This document shows positions 47,168-57,191 of a DNA stretch of 64,000 nt, in pieces. Positions within the stretch are counted from its first letter, which is position 1; each line of letters opens with the position of its first letter. The notes beneath the pieces are model-generated. The model did no database searches. It had not been told where the DNA came from and saw only the letters and a list, made by a program, of their open reading frames with translations. Where the stretch lies: positions 1 through 64,000 of IMG/VR virus record IMGVR_UViG_3300032335_001233. One strand, written 5' to 3'. Made by a program: the position numbers and the translations under genes. This DNA is from a virus. Its lineage: Duplodnaviria > Caudoviricetes.

Positions 47168-49033
47168 TCACGCCTGATCCGGATTGTTTCTGGCTCGATT
47201 GCGTAGAGTGAAATCAAATCGGTTCACTGCCTTGGCATAACCCGACGGTGTGGCCATGACCCAACCTTCGTTGCCTGGACTTTGGCGATCCAACTGTTGT
47301 AGCACATCCATCTTGAGATCGTGTAGCAGAATAAACAGTGTGAATGCTGCGGCCATGCCTTCGGTGTTGGAACTGGGCGATTTGAGGTATTCTATGATGT
47401 TGGCAAATTTGCGCGGTGTGACCTTGGATTGTAACCACTGCCCAAATCCACCCAACAAGTTGTCAAAGTTGCCGGTACCAATTCTGTAGTTGATGTAGTC
47501 AATGCACAGTTTGGCCAAGTCTGTGATCTGTGCAGCTCGCAATTCGGCTGGATTGAACAAGGTGTCAATGGCTTGACCTTTTGATCGCACAATGCTGCGT
47601 ATTTCTTTCACCAGTTTGGGATCTAGAGTGAGAGTTTGGCTGTATATGGGTTCGATCAACAACAGTCCCGGAACGTCATTGAAACGTACTCGACTCAAGG
47701 GCTGACGAGCATCACCTTGGTCAGCATACATTGAGTGCATGGCTACACCCACTTCGCTGGCAGCTATGCGCTGACCCAGCGCACTCTTGGCTGGGATGCG
47801 ATACTGCACAGTGTTGGGTGTGAACACCATGTTGCCGGCCTGTTCAGGTGGTGTTTGGGTGTACAGCAAATCACCTTTGACATAGCCACGGAAGTTGGTG
47901 GGCAAGGCCGCATCCAGCAAGGGCCACAGCTTGCGATAGAGGTTGACCAGTTCAGTTCTATCACCCAAGCGTTGTTGCATGGCCTGCGCCAACATGCTGG
48001 GAGATGTGAACAATCCGTCATAGGTTTTGGCATCAAAACCTGAACCATCTGTGAGCACAAACTCGCCTGTGGCCGGCTTGCGTCCAAATATCACAGCAGG
48101 CTTGCCGTCCCACTTCACTGTGGTAGTGGTACCTGGACTGGAGGCGGCGGCCTGCACAATAGCCAAAGCATCTTGCACACCGCGTGAGCCACGGCGGAAC
48201 ACAAGATCTTCAAGATGTTCAATGCCCTTGGCACGCCCACCTACTCCAGGTTCTTCGGCTTCAACCAGGGCCACGTAACCTTGATTCACAATTCTATCAC
48301 GCAAGCGGGCCAACCAGCTCACATCATTTTCTCTCAGTTGCGGCTCTTGCAATCCTTCTCGAGCAAGATACTCTCTAAAATCTTGTAACTTGTTGTCACG
48401 TTCAGGATCTTGGGCCAGTGCTGAGTATATGGTTTCTACGTTTTTGAGACTGTTACGATCGTGACCCGAACCCAACAGTATTTCAGCCACATAGTCTGGA
48501 TCAGCACTGACCAACTCATTGGTGGTTCGACTGATCATGCCATTGGCACCTACCTTGAGTCCAGCATGCTTGGCCAGGCTGCTGAGCAGTACGTTGCGAT
48601 TCATGCCTTTGTAGGCTGAATTTTCAGCTCCACCATAATAGAACACACCCCAATCCACGTTGGGCATAAACATAAAATCGGTCTGCACAAAGCCACGATT
48701 GGCGTCACCGCCGATGGGAGTGCGCAAATGTACTTCTCCGGCCTTTTTCACATACTGTCTGGGATCCAGTCCTTGACTGGTCACAAAGTCTGTCAACAAC
48801 TTGGCCACTTGTTCCTTGGTGGCCTCAGCAGTGTCTACTGCTAGGTCTAGATCGCCTGACGTGGCCTTGCGTCCAGTTGATCCCAGCCAACGTTCAGCAG
48901 GAAATTCTAGACCAGTCACTTGTTCTACCCAACGAATGGTGGCAGGCACGTCAGCTTGATTGATGCGTTGTGTTAGTGGGGTGCCATCTGCGTCTTTGAA
49001 AACATTGCCACCTTCAAATAGTTTCGTGATCAT
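47168..49033 (-). CDS. Fusion of Pol-beta-type nucleotidyltransferase and ligase-like (KxDG) domains
   Basis: LGS.....SGDLDL; KWDG, KGDLL, EGWV, K.V.R. Confidence 0.65.
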   Translation of the reverse strand: MITKLFEGGNVFKDADGTPLTQRINQADVPATIRWVEQVTGLEFPAERWLGSTGRKATSGDLDLAVDTAEATKEQVAKLLTDFVTSQGLDPRQYVKKAGEVHLRTPIGGDANRGFVQTDFMFMPNVDWGVFYYGGAENSAYKGMNRNVLLSSLAKHAGLKVGANGMISRTTNELVSADPDYVAEILLGSGHDRNSLKNVETIYSALAQDPERDNKLQDFREYLAREGLQEPQLRENDVSWLARLRDRIVNQGYVALVEAEEPGVGGRAKGIEHLEDLVFRRGSRGVQDALAIVQAAASSPGTTTTVKWDGKPAVIFGRKPATGEFVLTDGSGFDAKTYDGLFTSPSMLAQAMQQRLGDRTELVNLYRKLWPLLDAALPTNFRGYVKGDLLYTQTPPEQAGNMVFTPNTVQYRIPAKSALGQRIAASEVGVAMHSMYADQGDARQPLSRVRFNDVPGLLLIEPIYSQTLTLDPKLVKEIRSIVRSKGQAIDTLFNPAELRAAQITDLAKLCIDYINYRIGTGNFDNLLGGFGQWLQSKVTPRKFANIIEYLKSPSSNTEGMAAAFTLFILLHDLKMDVLQQLDRQSPGNEGWVMATPSGYAKAVNRFDFTLRNRARNNPDQA

Positions 49034-49800
49034 ATCAATTTTGCTGCCTTGAGTAATGCATCCACAGTGGCTGAACCTGTGGTGGTAACATTGAGTTTTT
49101 GTCCACTTTGGCGTACCACAGCATTGAGCTTGGCCAAAGCTGCACGATTGATACCTGTGGCCTGCATGGCTGCTTGTAACTGGGGGTTGGCTCCGCCGGG
49201 TGTTGAGGTAGAGCCGGAAAAACCAGATTGCTTGCGATTGAAGGTAATCAAGTTTTGAGTTTGAGCAATTGTGTTGGCCAGTTCACCCCAGATGGTTTGA
49301 TTTTCTTTTTCAAGTTCACCAGCACGAATACTGGGACTCACAGCAGTTTTGCTCAAACGAGTGATTAAATCAGTCATGGTCTTCTGCAGGGCCTGGGCTT
49401 CGGGTCTCTTGGCTTGATCCACAGCGTTGGCCAGCTGCTGGTAACTGTTTAATCCAGTGCGATCCAGTGTGCGGTTGACCATGTCGGTGGCAATTTTGGC
49501 AAGTTCGGCTTGATTGAGCTGACTCATGTACGGGGTGCCTGACTGCTTGAGTGCAGCCTGTAGACTCTGTGCCCAAAGTCCAGCTTGTTCTTGTGCCAGT
49601 TGTTTGACCATGGTTTGATTGACTTTGGCTGCGGCCTGGCCAGCAAAACCTGGTGCGGCTTGTGCCCCAGCAGCAACTCCACCAATGTTGGTTCCCATGT
49701 TTTTGTTTATGGCTTGAGCAGCCACAGATCCGATGCCCCGTAGTGCTGTCCCTAGGGCTTCGTCGGTGCGTTGTGGTTGCATGAATTCAAAGATCTTCAT
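49030..49800 (-). CDS. Hypothetical Ala/Gln-rich protein (candidate head-internal)
   Basis: MKIFEF start. Confidence 0.7.
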   Translation of the reverse strand: MKIFEFMQPQRTDEALGTALRGIGSVAAQAINKNMGTNIGGVAAGAQAAPGFAGQAAAKVNQTMVKQLAQEQAGLWAQSLQAALKQSGTPYMSQLNQAELAKIATDMVNRTLDRTGLNSYQQLANAVDQAKRPEAQALQKTMTDLITRLSKTAVSPSIRAGELEKENQTIWGELANTIAQTQNLITFNRKQSGFSGSTSTPGGANPQLQAAMQATGINRAALAKLNAVVRQSGQKLNVTTTGSATVDALLKAAKLI

Positions 49801-50035
49801 GAGTGCGCTTTACTGAACGTTCAAATTTGCCACTGTCTTTGGCACGAATGGCATTGAGAAATTTACGTGTGAGATTTTCAGCCTGTTCTGGAGTGTACTC
49901 GGCTTCAATCTGTTCTAGCAAGCGAATGGCGCTGTGTATGATTGACGAAGCACGATTTTCCAAGATCAGTCGACGATCTTGCTCTACATAGAGGCTGTCT
50001 AATTCTTCTAGGATACTGCGTGTTTTTCTTTGCAT
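49787..50035 (-). CDS. Phage hypothetical protein
   Basis: MQRKTRSILEEL... Confidence 0.75.
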   Translation of the reverse strand: MQRKTRSILEELDSLYVEQDRRLILENRASSIIHSAIRLLEQIEAEYTPEQAENLTRKFLNAIRAKDSGKFERSVKRTHEDL

Positions 50036-50105
50036 GTTGGTAGTCCCGGTATTATTTAGCTAAAATGGTGCGCGGATAAATATCTGAACAAGGCAAGGAC
50101 CAAAC

Positions 50106-51032
50106 ATGACCAGTCAGATCAACCCCAACAACATTGACGGAACCTATCCCATTGCTGGGCAGGACAACAACACTCAAGGTTTTCGGGACAACTTTACCAA
50201 TACCAAAACCAACTTTCAATTTGCGTCAGAAGAGATCACAGACCTTCAAAACAAAGCTGTGCTCAAGGCTGCGCTCACTGGCGGTGTTCTAGACAACAAT
50301 CTCAACGATGCGCTGTTGTACGCTGCATCAATTCAGGATTTTGCTGCCACCAGAGTGGCCTTGGCCAACACTGTGAATCCCACCATTAACTACGCTGCCG
50401 GACACTATCAAACAGTGACTCCCACTGCGGCGTTCAGTTTCACAGTCACAAACTGGCCAGCAGCTGGTTACACTGGCTTGTTGCGACTGCAAATCACCAT
50501 TACCAACACTGCTTACACTGTGACCTTCCCGGGTGCAGTGAGTGTGAACACCACAGGCATCCAAGGCTGGGCCAGCAATGTTGTGACGTTTGATGCCACT
50601 GGTGTGTATGAGTTTGCACTGCTGACCAGCAACGGCGGCAGCACAGTATCAGTATTTGATCTCAGTAGACCTCTCTTGGGCAGTCCAGCGGCTGCTGTGG
50701 GCTATGCCACTGGCACTGGTGGAACTGTTACTCAAGCCACCAACAAATCAACTGGGGTAACACTGAACAAACGTTGCGGACAGATCACCATGAACGGTGC
50801 TGCACTGGCGGCTGCTGCAGAGGTCAGCTTTACATTTACCAATAGTTTTATTGCTGCTACTGATGTGGTGATTACTGCTATCTGTTCAGGTGCAACTGCT
50901 GGCGCATACAACACTCACGTTGATGCAATTGCTAACGGTAGTTGTAGAATTAGTATAACCAACTTTTCGTCTGGTTCGCTGTCAGAAGCTATTGTGCTCA
51001 ACTTTGCTGTGATCAAGAGCGTGAATGCATAA
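50106..51032 (+). CDS. Virion tail/baseplate-associated protein
   Basis: YPIAGQDN..QGFRDNF; Thr/Ala-rich; TAAATA upstream. Confidence 0.75.
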   Translation: MTSQINPNNIDGTYPIAGQDNNTQGFRDNFTNTKTNFQFASEEITDLQNKAVLKAALTGGVLDNNLNDALLYAASIQDFAATRVALANTVNPTINYAAGHYQTVTPTAAFSFTVTNWPAAGYTGLLRLQITITNTAYTVTFPGAVSVNTTGIQGWASNVVTFDATGVYEFALLTSNGGSTVSVFDLSRPLLGSPAAAVGYATGTGGTVTQATNKSTGVTLNKRCGQITMNGAALAAAAEVSFTFTNSFIAATDVVITAICSGATAGAYNTHVDAIANGSCRISITNFSSGSLSEAIVLNFAVIKSVNA

Positions 51033-51045
51033 TTGTTGACCAGTA

Positions 51046-51693
51046 CTATTGATAAACATAAAACGTATTTAACTTGACTTCAACCTCGGCCTCGTGCAGT
51101 CTGTCAGAGGCCGAGGTAACCCAGGCTGGACAGTCAAACAAAAAATTATTATGGTGGCACCAACCTTGAATGTGCTCGATACTGTTATAATTAGCAACTA
51201 GATTTGTAAAACTTGGTTTTAGTTCTACTATGTCAGAGAACTCAAGATTTACCACACAAGGATGTGACACGGGATCAAACGGAATCAAATAATTCTTGGC
51301 AGTTTCTCGTTCTTTGTCAATTCTATCCTGTCCCTGTACTGAGAGCCAAGGTTCACTGTTGCTGTAGTAAAAGTGATAGGCTCGCAGCCATCGATAGAGA
51401 CGACTACGGTGAGTGGATGTGGTTATATTGATCACTTGATTAAATTTATCAAGCGGCAAATGACCGGGCCAGTTGTGCGTTCCCAGGTACCATTGATTAG
51501 GGAACCTGGAAATTTTTTTCATGAACTGAGCAACATCGTAATCAACCAGCACAGAGTCTGAATCGCCCATTTTTCCAAGATTATGGTGCGGGCTTGCAAC
51601 TCCACCGTTATAGCCCAATGGACTTTGTGTGTTATTTAAAATATCACACAATAGCCCGCCACAAGTATAGTGTGGAAAACAAACCAAGTTCAT
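51046..51693 (-). CDS. Hypothetical protein (sulfotransferase/P-loop-like N-terminus)
   Basis: FPHYTCGGLL start; coupled to the amidinotransferase. Confidence 0.6.
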   Translation of the reverse strand: MNLVCFPHYTCGGLLCDILNNTQSPLGYNGGVASPHHNLGKMGDSDSVLVDYDVAQFMKKISRFPNQWYLGTHNWPGHLPLDKFNQVINITTSTHRSRLYRWLRAYHFYYSNSEPWLSVQGQDRIDKERETAKNYLIPFDPVSHPCVVNLEFSDIVELKPSFTNLVANYNSIEHIQGWCHHNNFLFDCPAWVTSASDRLHEAEVEVKLNTFYVYQ

Positions 51694-51705
51694 GCTTGAT
51701 AACTG

Positions 51706-52728
51706 TCAGTACTTATATATTGCGTTGGGGCCACGTCCAGGCCAGTAATCCACGCAAGGTCCATCCCTTGAAATGTCCACAGTCAAACAGTGCAAGCCGC
51801 CGTCCCAGAACCCTCGGCATCTAAAATCAATCACATGTACTGTGAAACCTAGATTTTCTAGTTGTCTACATACGTCGTCGTCCTCAACAATACAACAGAT
51901 GTTACGTTCATCAATGACCAACATGTTGACTTCAAACACTGTTTCGGCGCTGTTACCAATCCAATGTTCAGCATAATCAACTATACTGTCATTAAAAATT
52001 TGAAGATCTACTCCCGGAACCCACCATCGACCGTTGTATCCGTTGTGTTTTCGTTTAACGGTGGAATTGTTGAGTGTCCAAGTTGACCAGCCTGGAAATG
52101 TACGACTGTAGTCACTGCAATAATGCGAAGTAAAAATTTTCTGGGGCGCCACAGGGCAAAAAACCCCATCACTGTGGTCTCCAGTGTGGGTCACATGCAC
52201 TCTATAAGATTTGGCCAGTTCCTGACAGGCTTGATTTGCAAAGGAGGCACCTGAAGACCGAAAATCATAATCTATAAACAGGTCTCTTCCAACTCTTACT
52301 GTGCTGGGGAAGTTTAGATAGCACATAGGATCAGGCCTACTTCTGTCAAGAATTTTACAATCTAATCCAGCAGATCTATATGTGTTAACAATGTTGTCAA
52401 AACCAGTTACTTGATTTTCATATTGTGGAATCACATACAAAGTGTCATTCAAGGTCATGGCCCAGTCTCTAGGAGTTATAGGCGGTTTGACTAAATTACC
52501 TTGATAATCTCGAAATTTATCTTCTAGATCAAATTTTGGTCTTTGTACGTTGATTCCTAGACTTTGCAATTTGTGTTGAAACTTGTCAAGATCATGCTTG
52601 GTCATCTCTGTAATTTTGCAAAATAGATCTTCTACCCTATTAGGGAATGTTGAATACCAGGATGCTGGATAACAATCGCCTAACCAAACTTCGCGCAAAG
52701 TTTGAAAACCAGTATGACTTTTAATCAT
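51706..52728 (-). CDS. Second amidinotransferase-family protein
   Basis: L.EVWLGD, TPRD, HSDG, VNML, GGLHCLT. Confidence 0.85.
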   Translation of the reverse strand: MIKSHTGFQTLREVWLGDCYPASWYSTFPNRVEDLFCKITEMTKHDLDKFQHKLQSLGINVQRPKFDLEDKFRDYQGNLVKPPITPRDWAMTLNDTLYVIPQYENQVTGFDNIVNTYRSAGLDCKILDRSRPDPMCYLNFPSTVRVGRDLFIDYDFRSSGASFANQACQELAKSYRVHVTHTGDHSDGVFCPVAPQKIFTSHYCSDYSRTFPGWSTWTLNNSTVKRKHNGYNGRWWVPGVDLQIFNDSIVDYAEHWIGNSAETVFEVNMLVIDERNICCIVEDDDVCRQLENLGFTVHVIDFRCRGFWDGGLHCLTVDISRDGPCVDYWPGRGPNAIYKY

Positions 52729-54176
52729 GATGTTTTGATCTTGCCCAGCAGTTGTTTTAGCTTGTTGCTTTGAACGTCAGCTGACACTTTGTTTGTGTCA
52801 GCTGCGGGTTTTTCCCAAGCTGGAGTTCCTGTGGCACGTTCCCATTTTGGTGTAGCATCGTCAGTGTCATTGGATGAGTTAACCGAGCTTTTTGCCTTGA
52901 TTGAGTCATAGATACTGGGTTTCTTGAATGCAGAGTTTTCGCCTTCGTCGCCGCCGGCATCAGTAATACGCATGGTTTCAATGTTGTACTCCAAATCAAT
53001 TTTTTGACCAACGCCGGTCGAGCTTCGAGATTTCATACACTGTATTTGATACTTGCCACGTTCTTTCATGGCGCGACTAGTAAAGATACCAAACACATTG
53101 TCAGCAGTGTTGATTTTAGAGATACCACCCGAAATGTGGCTGTGATCAAACTCAATCTCTTCTACTGCTGATCTATTCAACTGTGAAGCAGTGACCATGA
53201 GCATGCCCAGTTCCTTGGCCAAGTTGCGCAGTTCTTCACTCACATACTTGTCTTTCACAAACAAGTCATTGGGTGAAACCTTGGCTGATACTGGCATCAA
53301 GAGGTCAAGATAGTCCACCATGATAAAATCCACTCTGTGCCCGGTCTGTATTTGGTACTCTTTCAAAAACGCACGAATGTCATTGATGTTTGACTGTGCT
53401 GGCAACGCCTTGACGCGATAGCTGCCGGCCTTTTTGCCCACCAGTTTGATCTTGAGAGCTGCGGTTTCTTTGTCGCGACGTATGTCCTTGGTACTCATCT
53501 GTGTGAGCATGGCTGCTGTACGAAGACCTGTGAGTTCTTCGCTGAGTTCTAGAGTGATGTACACACCATGTAGCCCTTGTTGTACCCAGTTCAAGGCAAT
53601 GTTCATCATCACAAGGCTTTTGCCTGAGCCAGACCCGCCTGCAAAAATGTTGAGTTCGCCTCGACTGAATCCACCATACAACAATCGATCCAGTTGCGAC
53701 CAACCCGTTGAGACTTGTCCGCCTGCATCAAAGTATTTGGCAAACATGCCTTCAGGATCCAGCCAAAAATCTGTACCAAGGTCCTTGGTCAAACTGATCT
53801 GCACAGCATCCTTGATCAGTTTTTCCACAGGCTCAAACTCACCTTTCTCCAGCAGGTCTGCAGATTTAAGAATGGCTCGCTCCAGCTCTTGACGACGGGT
53901 AAATGCTTCAAACTCTTGCATGAACCAGTCATAGTGACCAGAGTTTAGATCTGGAACTGATTGCAAAACAACACCAGTGGCGGCTTTTATCTGTTGCAGG
54001 TCAGGCAAGGTTTTGAATTTGTCTGAGTGTTCCTGGAGGAATTTAGCAGCAGGTCTAAGACTGCGGTCAAAGTTCTCAGGATTGTAAATGTTCTGAACAC
54101 GCACATAGCTCTGTGCATCCTCCAACATCATTTCCAAGAACAAACGCTGCACATCAATGCTGTAGTCTTTTAACAA
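52725..54176 (-). CDS. Replicative DNA helicase (T4 gp41/DnaB-like)
   Basis: GGSGSGKS, LELSE, VDYLD, ASQLNR, KSR. Confidence 0.93.
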   Translation of the reverse strand: MLKDYSIDVQRLFLEMMLEDAQSYVRVQNIYNPENFDRSLRPAAKFLQEHSDKFKTLPDLQQIKAATGVVLQSVPDLNSGHYDWFMQEFEAFTRRQELERAILKSADLLEKGEFEPVEKLIKDAVQISLTKDLGTDFWLDPEGMFAKYFDAGGQVSTGWSQLDRLLYGGFSRGELNIFAGGSGSGKSLVMMNIALNWVQQGLHGVYITLELSEELTGLRTAAMLTQMSTKDIRRDKETAALKIKLVGKKAGSYRVKALPAQSNINDIRAFLKEYQIQTGHRVDFIMVDYLDLLMPVSAKVSPNDLFVKDKYVSEELRNLAKELGMLMVTASQLNRSAVEEIEFDHSHISGGISKINTADNVFGIFTSRAMKERGKYQIQCMKSRSSTGVGQKIDLEYNIETMRITDAGGDEGENSAFKKPSIYDSIKAKSSVNSSNDTDDATPKWERATGTPAWEKPAADTNKVSADVQSNKLKQLLGKIKTS

Positions 54177-55140
54177 TTTGCTTCTTCCTCAATTCAATCT
54201 TGACTCGGCTGGTTTCTCGAGCCTGGTGAATAGTTAGCACGGTTCCCACCACGCCATATTTCTTCACAGCATCGTTGACATCTTTGATGTCAGCACCCCA
54301 GTCGGGCATGCTCACTGCCCAGCCCAGGGCCACAGCACGATCTACTAGACTCATGCCAGCTGTGTCTTGATCCGGGACCACAGTGATTTCTCGATCCAGG
54401 CTGCGAATCATGCGTGCCTGTGCATCTGAGATGTCGTTGTGCATCACAGCCACTCCATTGATCGATAGTGCATCAAAAATGCCTTCCATGACCAAGACTC
54501 GTGTCCAGTCTGGCTGTTGCAGATCTATACCAAACACATACCCCGGGGGGCTGTGTGAAATATAACGTGGTTGACGATGGTCCAAAAACCTTGCAGTCCA
54601 GCCCACAATGTGGTTGTCATGTGTGAACGGGATGATCACATGTGGCCTGACCCAATGGACGCCGTCATTCTGAATCTGTGTCATGGCCGGAAAGTCTTCC
54701 GGAACTCCGCGACTGCGAAGATAATTCCAGTAATGTTCATGTTCTGGGTGCACCAGTTCAGCACAGGGCGGAAGTTCGGCCTCTTCAAACGCAATGTTCA
54801 ACAACTGCTGTTCTACCCGTCGACGATCATCCAAGATGCCTATGACGCTGCGCTGACGCAGGCTTTCAAGATTGATGCGCTCAATTTCCAAATTGTCCAA
54901 GCCCAACCAACCCAACAATCTGCGAGCTCGAAAACTGAGGTTTCGCCCCAGCTGAAACGATGCTGTATATCCACAATTGAAGCAATGATAGCTCCAACCA
55001 CCATCCCAGCTTTTGACACCACCACGTTGACGACGATCTGGCTTGTCACCATTGTGCTCACAACACACAGCATTGAAACTGAGCCAGCCCGACGGTGTAG
55101 TTCTACGTCGGGCTGGCAAATAGTCAAGGATGTCAAGCAT
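54154..55140 (-). CDS. DNA primase (Zn finger + TOPRIM)
   Basis: CC.H...HCFNC; EGIFDA; PDQD; KDVND. Confidence 0.9.
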   Translation of the reverse strand: MLDILDYLPARRRTTPSGWLSFNAVCCEHNGDKPDRRQRGGVKSWDGGWSYHCFNCGYTASFQLGRNLSFRARRLLGWLGLDNLEIERINLESLRQRSVIGILDDRRRVEQQLLNIAFEEAELPPCAELVHPEHEHYWNYLRSRGVPEDFPAMTQIQNDGVHWVRPHVIIPFTHDNHIVGWTARFLDHRQPRYISHSPPGYVFGIDLQQPDWTRVLVMEGIFDALSINGVAVMHNDISDAQARMIRSLDREITVVPDQDTAGMSLVDRAVALGWAVSMPDWGADIKDVNDAVKKYGVVGTVLTIHQARETSRVKIELRKKQIVKRLQH

Positions 55141-55178
55141 TGCTATAGTTTAGCACCTTTGGCCAAGCAATGCAACTG

Positions 55179-56249
55179 TTATCGGTACAGTATGTTTTCA
55201 ATCTTGCCGTTTGAAAACACTACAGTGGCCGCGGTTGAACCTTGAAACTGCAAGGGCACATATCCCGAACCACCGTTTGTGACAGTGACCAAACTCACTG
55301 TGCCACCAGGGTTTACAGTGGCCACAGCTTCGGCACCAGCACCGTTGCCCAAGATTTGAACATAGGGTGCAGCCACATAGTATTGGCCTAGATTGTTCAA
55401 GGTAATGCCAGTGACCACACCATTAGTGACCTGCACATTGCCTGTGGCTCCATAGCCCACGCTGTTGTTTAGTGCCAATCTCAACAAGGGATGGTAGCCC
55501 AACACGGTAAAATAATCAGTCATGGTGTCATCAAAATACTCGCGACATTCTGAAACATCATACCAAACTGACTCGTAGTTTTCAGCAGCTTGTATTTTGA
55601 CTGTACCAGTGTAGTGCACTAGATCAAACTTTATGGTTGTGACAGACCCACCACGAGTGGGCATGTAGCTGCTGTAGAATTCAGTTTCCTGAATGGAGTT
55701 GATGGGCTGTGGATTCAAGGCCCAGTCTGGCCAGCCTGTGGGCGCTGTGCCCACATACTGATTTTTGCCGTACATGTCAGGCACTGTGCATTCAGCACTG
55801 GGCACAAAAGCCGGAAACACCGAATCCACAATGTTGACATCAGCTCGTGCACCCGAGTTGTCGTCCACAAACGCTGCCTGCACATAGTTACCGGCTGTGC
55901 GCTGAATACTGTAGCTGGCAGGCTGACCCTGAATGTCTATGGTGTCAGCTGAGTTCAGCACCACCTTGACTCGTCCAGTGCTGGCGCTGAGTATGTCCAT
56001 GTCTTTTTCCAGCAGCAGTCGGTCTCCGTTTTGTGTGATCACACGGAAACGAAACGTGCTGCCAGTGATGTTCACAGGCTTTTGGTCTTGATTGACAAAT
56101 TCAAACAGCAGGACATTGTCCACGCCTTTGTTGATGGTTAAAGTTTTTGCATACACAGGGTCGTACCTCGCGGTGAAATAGCCACCACTGGTGTCAATCA
56201 ATAAAATTCTGGTCAGCTGTTGATATAAGTACGCAGTGGTAGAATACAT
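55179..56249 (-). CDS. Virion baseplate-like protein
   Basis: KGVDN.L.F..NQDQKPVNITG; GGSGY repeats. Confidence 0.7.
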   Translation of the reverse strand: MYSTTAYLYQQLTRILLIDTSGGYFTARYDPVYAKTLTINKGVDNVLLFEFVNQDQKPVNITGSTFRFRVITQNGDRLLLEKDMDILSASTGRVKVVLNSADTIDIQGQPASYSIQRTAGNYVQAAFVDDNSGARADVNIVDSVFPAFVPSAECTVPDMYGKNQYVGTAPTGWPDWALNPQPINSIQETEFYSSYMPTRGGSVTTIKFDLVHYTGTVKIQAAENYESVWYDVSECREYFDDTMTDYFTVLGYHPLLRLALNNSVGYGATGNVQVTNGVVTGITLNNLGQYYVAAPYVQILGNGAGAEAVATVNPGGTVSLVTVTNGGSGYVPLQFQGSTAATVVFSNGKIENILYR

Positions 56250-56269
56250 GGCATCCTCAACTGGTATTT

Positions 56270-56647
56270 ATGGGCAACACACTATTTGAAAAACTGACAG
56301 AAAAATATCCCTTCATCACGCTGTGCGTGTACGCCAACCAAGAATACGTGGGCATTGTACAGAATCGTGACGACATGGTGACCACCATCTACGATTTTGG
56401 TGCCATAGTGGATCACCAAGAAAAAATTGTGTATCTTGATCTTGCAGCACAGTGGTGGTGGGAAAGCAATCGATCAATACCCATAAACATCTTTCTCAAG
56501 CAAGACTGGGAACAATTCCGCCATACTCTACGCACTTTTAACAACCGTGATCTTGAAATCTTGCATGGTCCTACCTGTAGTTTGCTGGATCTTGTGCGCA
56601 AAAAAGGCAAGCGTCGCAGTATTACTCTTGTGCGCCGGATTGATTGA
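56270..56647 (+). CDS. Phage hypothetical protein
   Basis: EYVGIVQN, WWWESNRSIPINIFL. Confidence 0.75.
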   Translation: MGNTLFEKLTEKYPFITLCVYANQEYVGIVQNRDDMVTTIYDFGAIVDHQEKIVYLDLAAQWWWESNRSIPINIFLKQDWEQFRHTLRTFNNRDLEILHGPTCSLLDLVRKKGKRRSITLVRRID

Positions 56648-57191
56648 GTAAATTCATGTGTAAAGCCACCAATGCAGCATAAGAAATTGCATGTGCTTTT
56701 TTGAACGTATAGCCTCGACTGGTGTCACCATCCCATACTGATGCAAACACTTCGGGCCAAGGCCGTCGCTGTAGGTGTGCTTTTCCTGGACGAATAATCG
56801 ATATAAAAGCTGCCAGACGCGGTATGTTGTCTGGCTTCATTTCTTTCAGCAAATCATAATAGTTGCCCACGTGTGCCAACTGGCTGACCCATTGAGCGTC
56901 GGTCCACAGTCGACTCCAGGGCGGCGTTGCTGCCAGCATGTCTTCATAGTGTTCAGGTGTTTGAATCAGGCTGTACACACTCATGTTCAAAAAATCCAGT
57001 TTGAAATAGCCACGAGTTTCTGCTGTTTCATAGTCTAGGGCTGCACACTGATTCACAGGATCCCACGGAATGTCTGTGACATACACACCTGTCAAATGTC
57101 GCCGGCCATCGCTTAGTCGTGCAGGGGTATGCTGTATCAAATTCAACACAGCACTACGATCAGCAAAGTCCAAGTCAATATCTGCGCTCAT
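56622..57191 (-). CDS. Miniature DnaE (Pol III alpha)-like protein
   Basis: DIDLDF, H.TGV, GYFKLDFL, IRPG, YTFKKAHA.SYA. Confidence 0.85.
   Translation of the reverse strand: MSADIDLDFADRSAVLNLIQHTPARLSDGRRHLTGVYVTDIPWDPVNQCAALDYETAETRGYFKLDFLNMSVYSLIQTPEHYEDMLAATPPWSRLWTDAQWVSQLAHVGNYYDLLKEMKPDNIPRLAAFISIIRPGKAHLQRRPWPEVFASVWDGDTSRGYTFKKAHAISYAALVALHMNLLNQSGAQE

Noticed and set aside
49185-49195. 11-nt match to the candidate sRNA loop inside a CDS
   Set aside because: It is mid-gene (Gly-Ala-Asn codons), not at a start codon, and could be chance.
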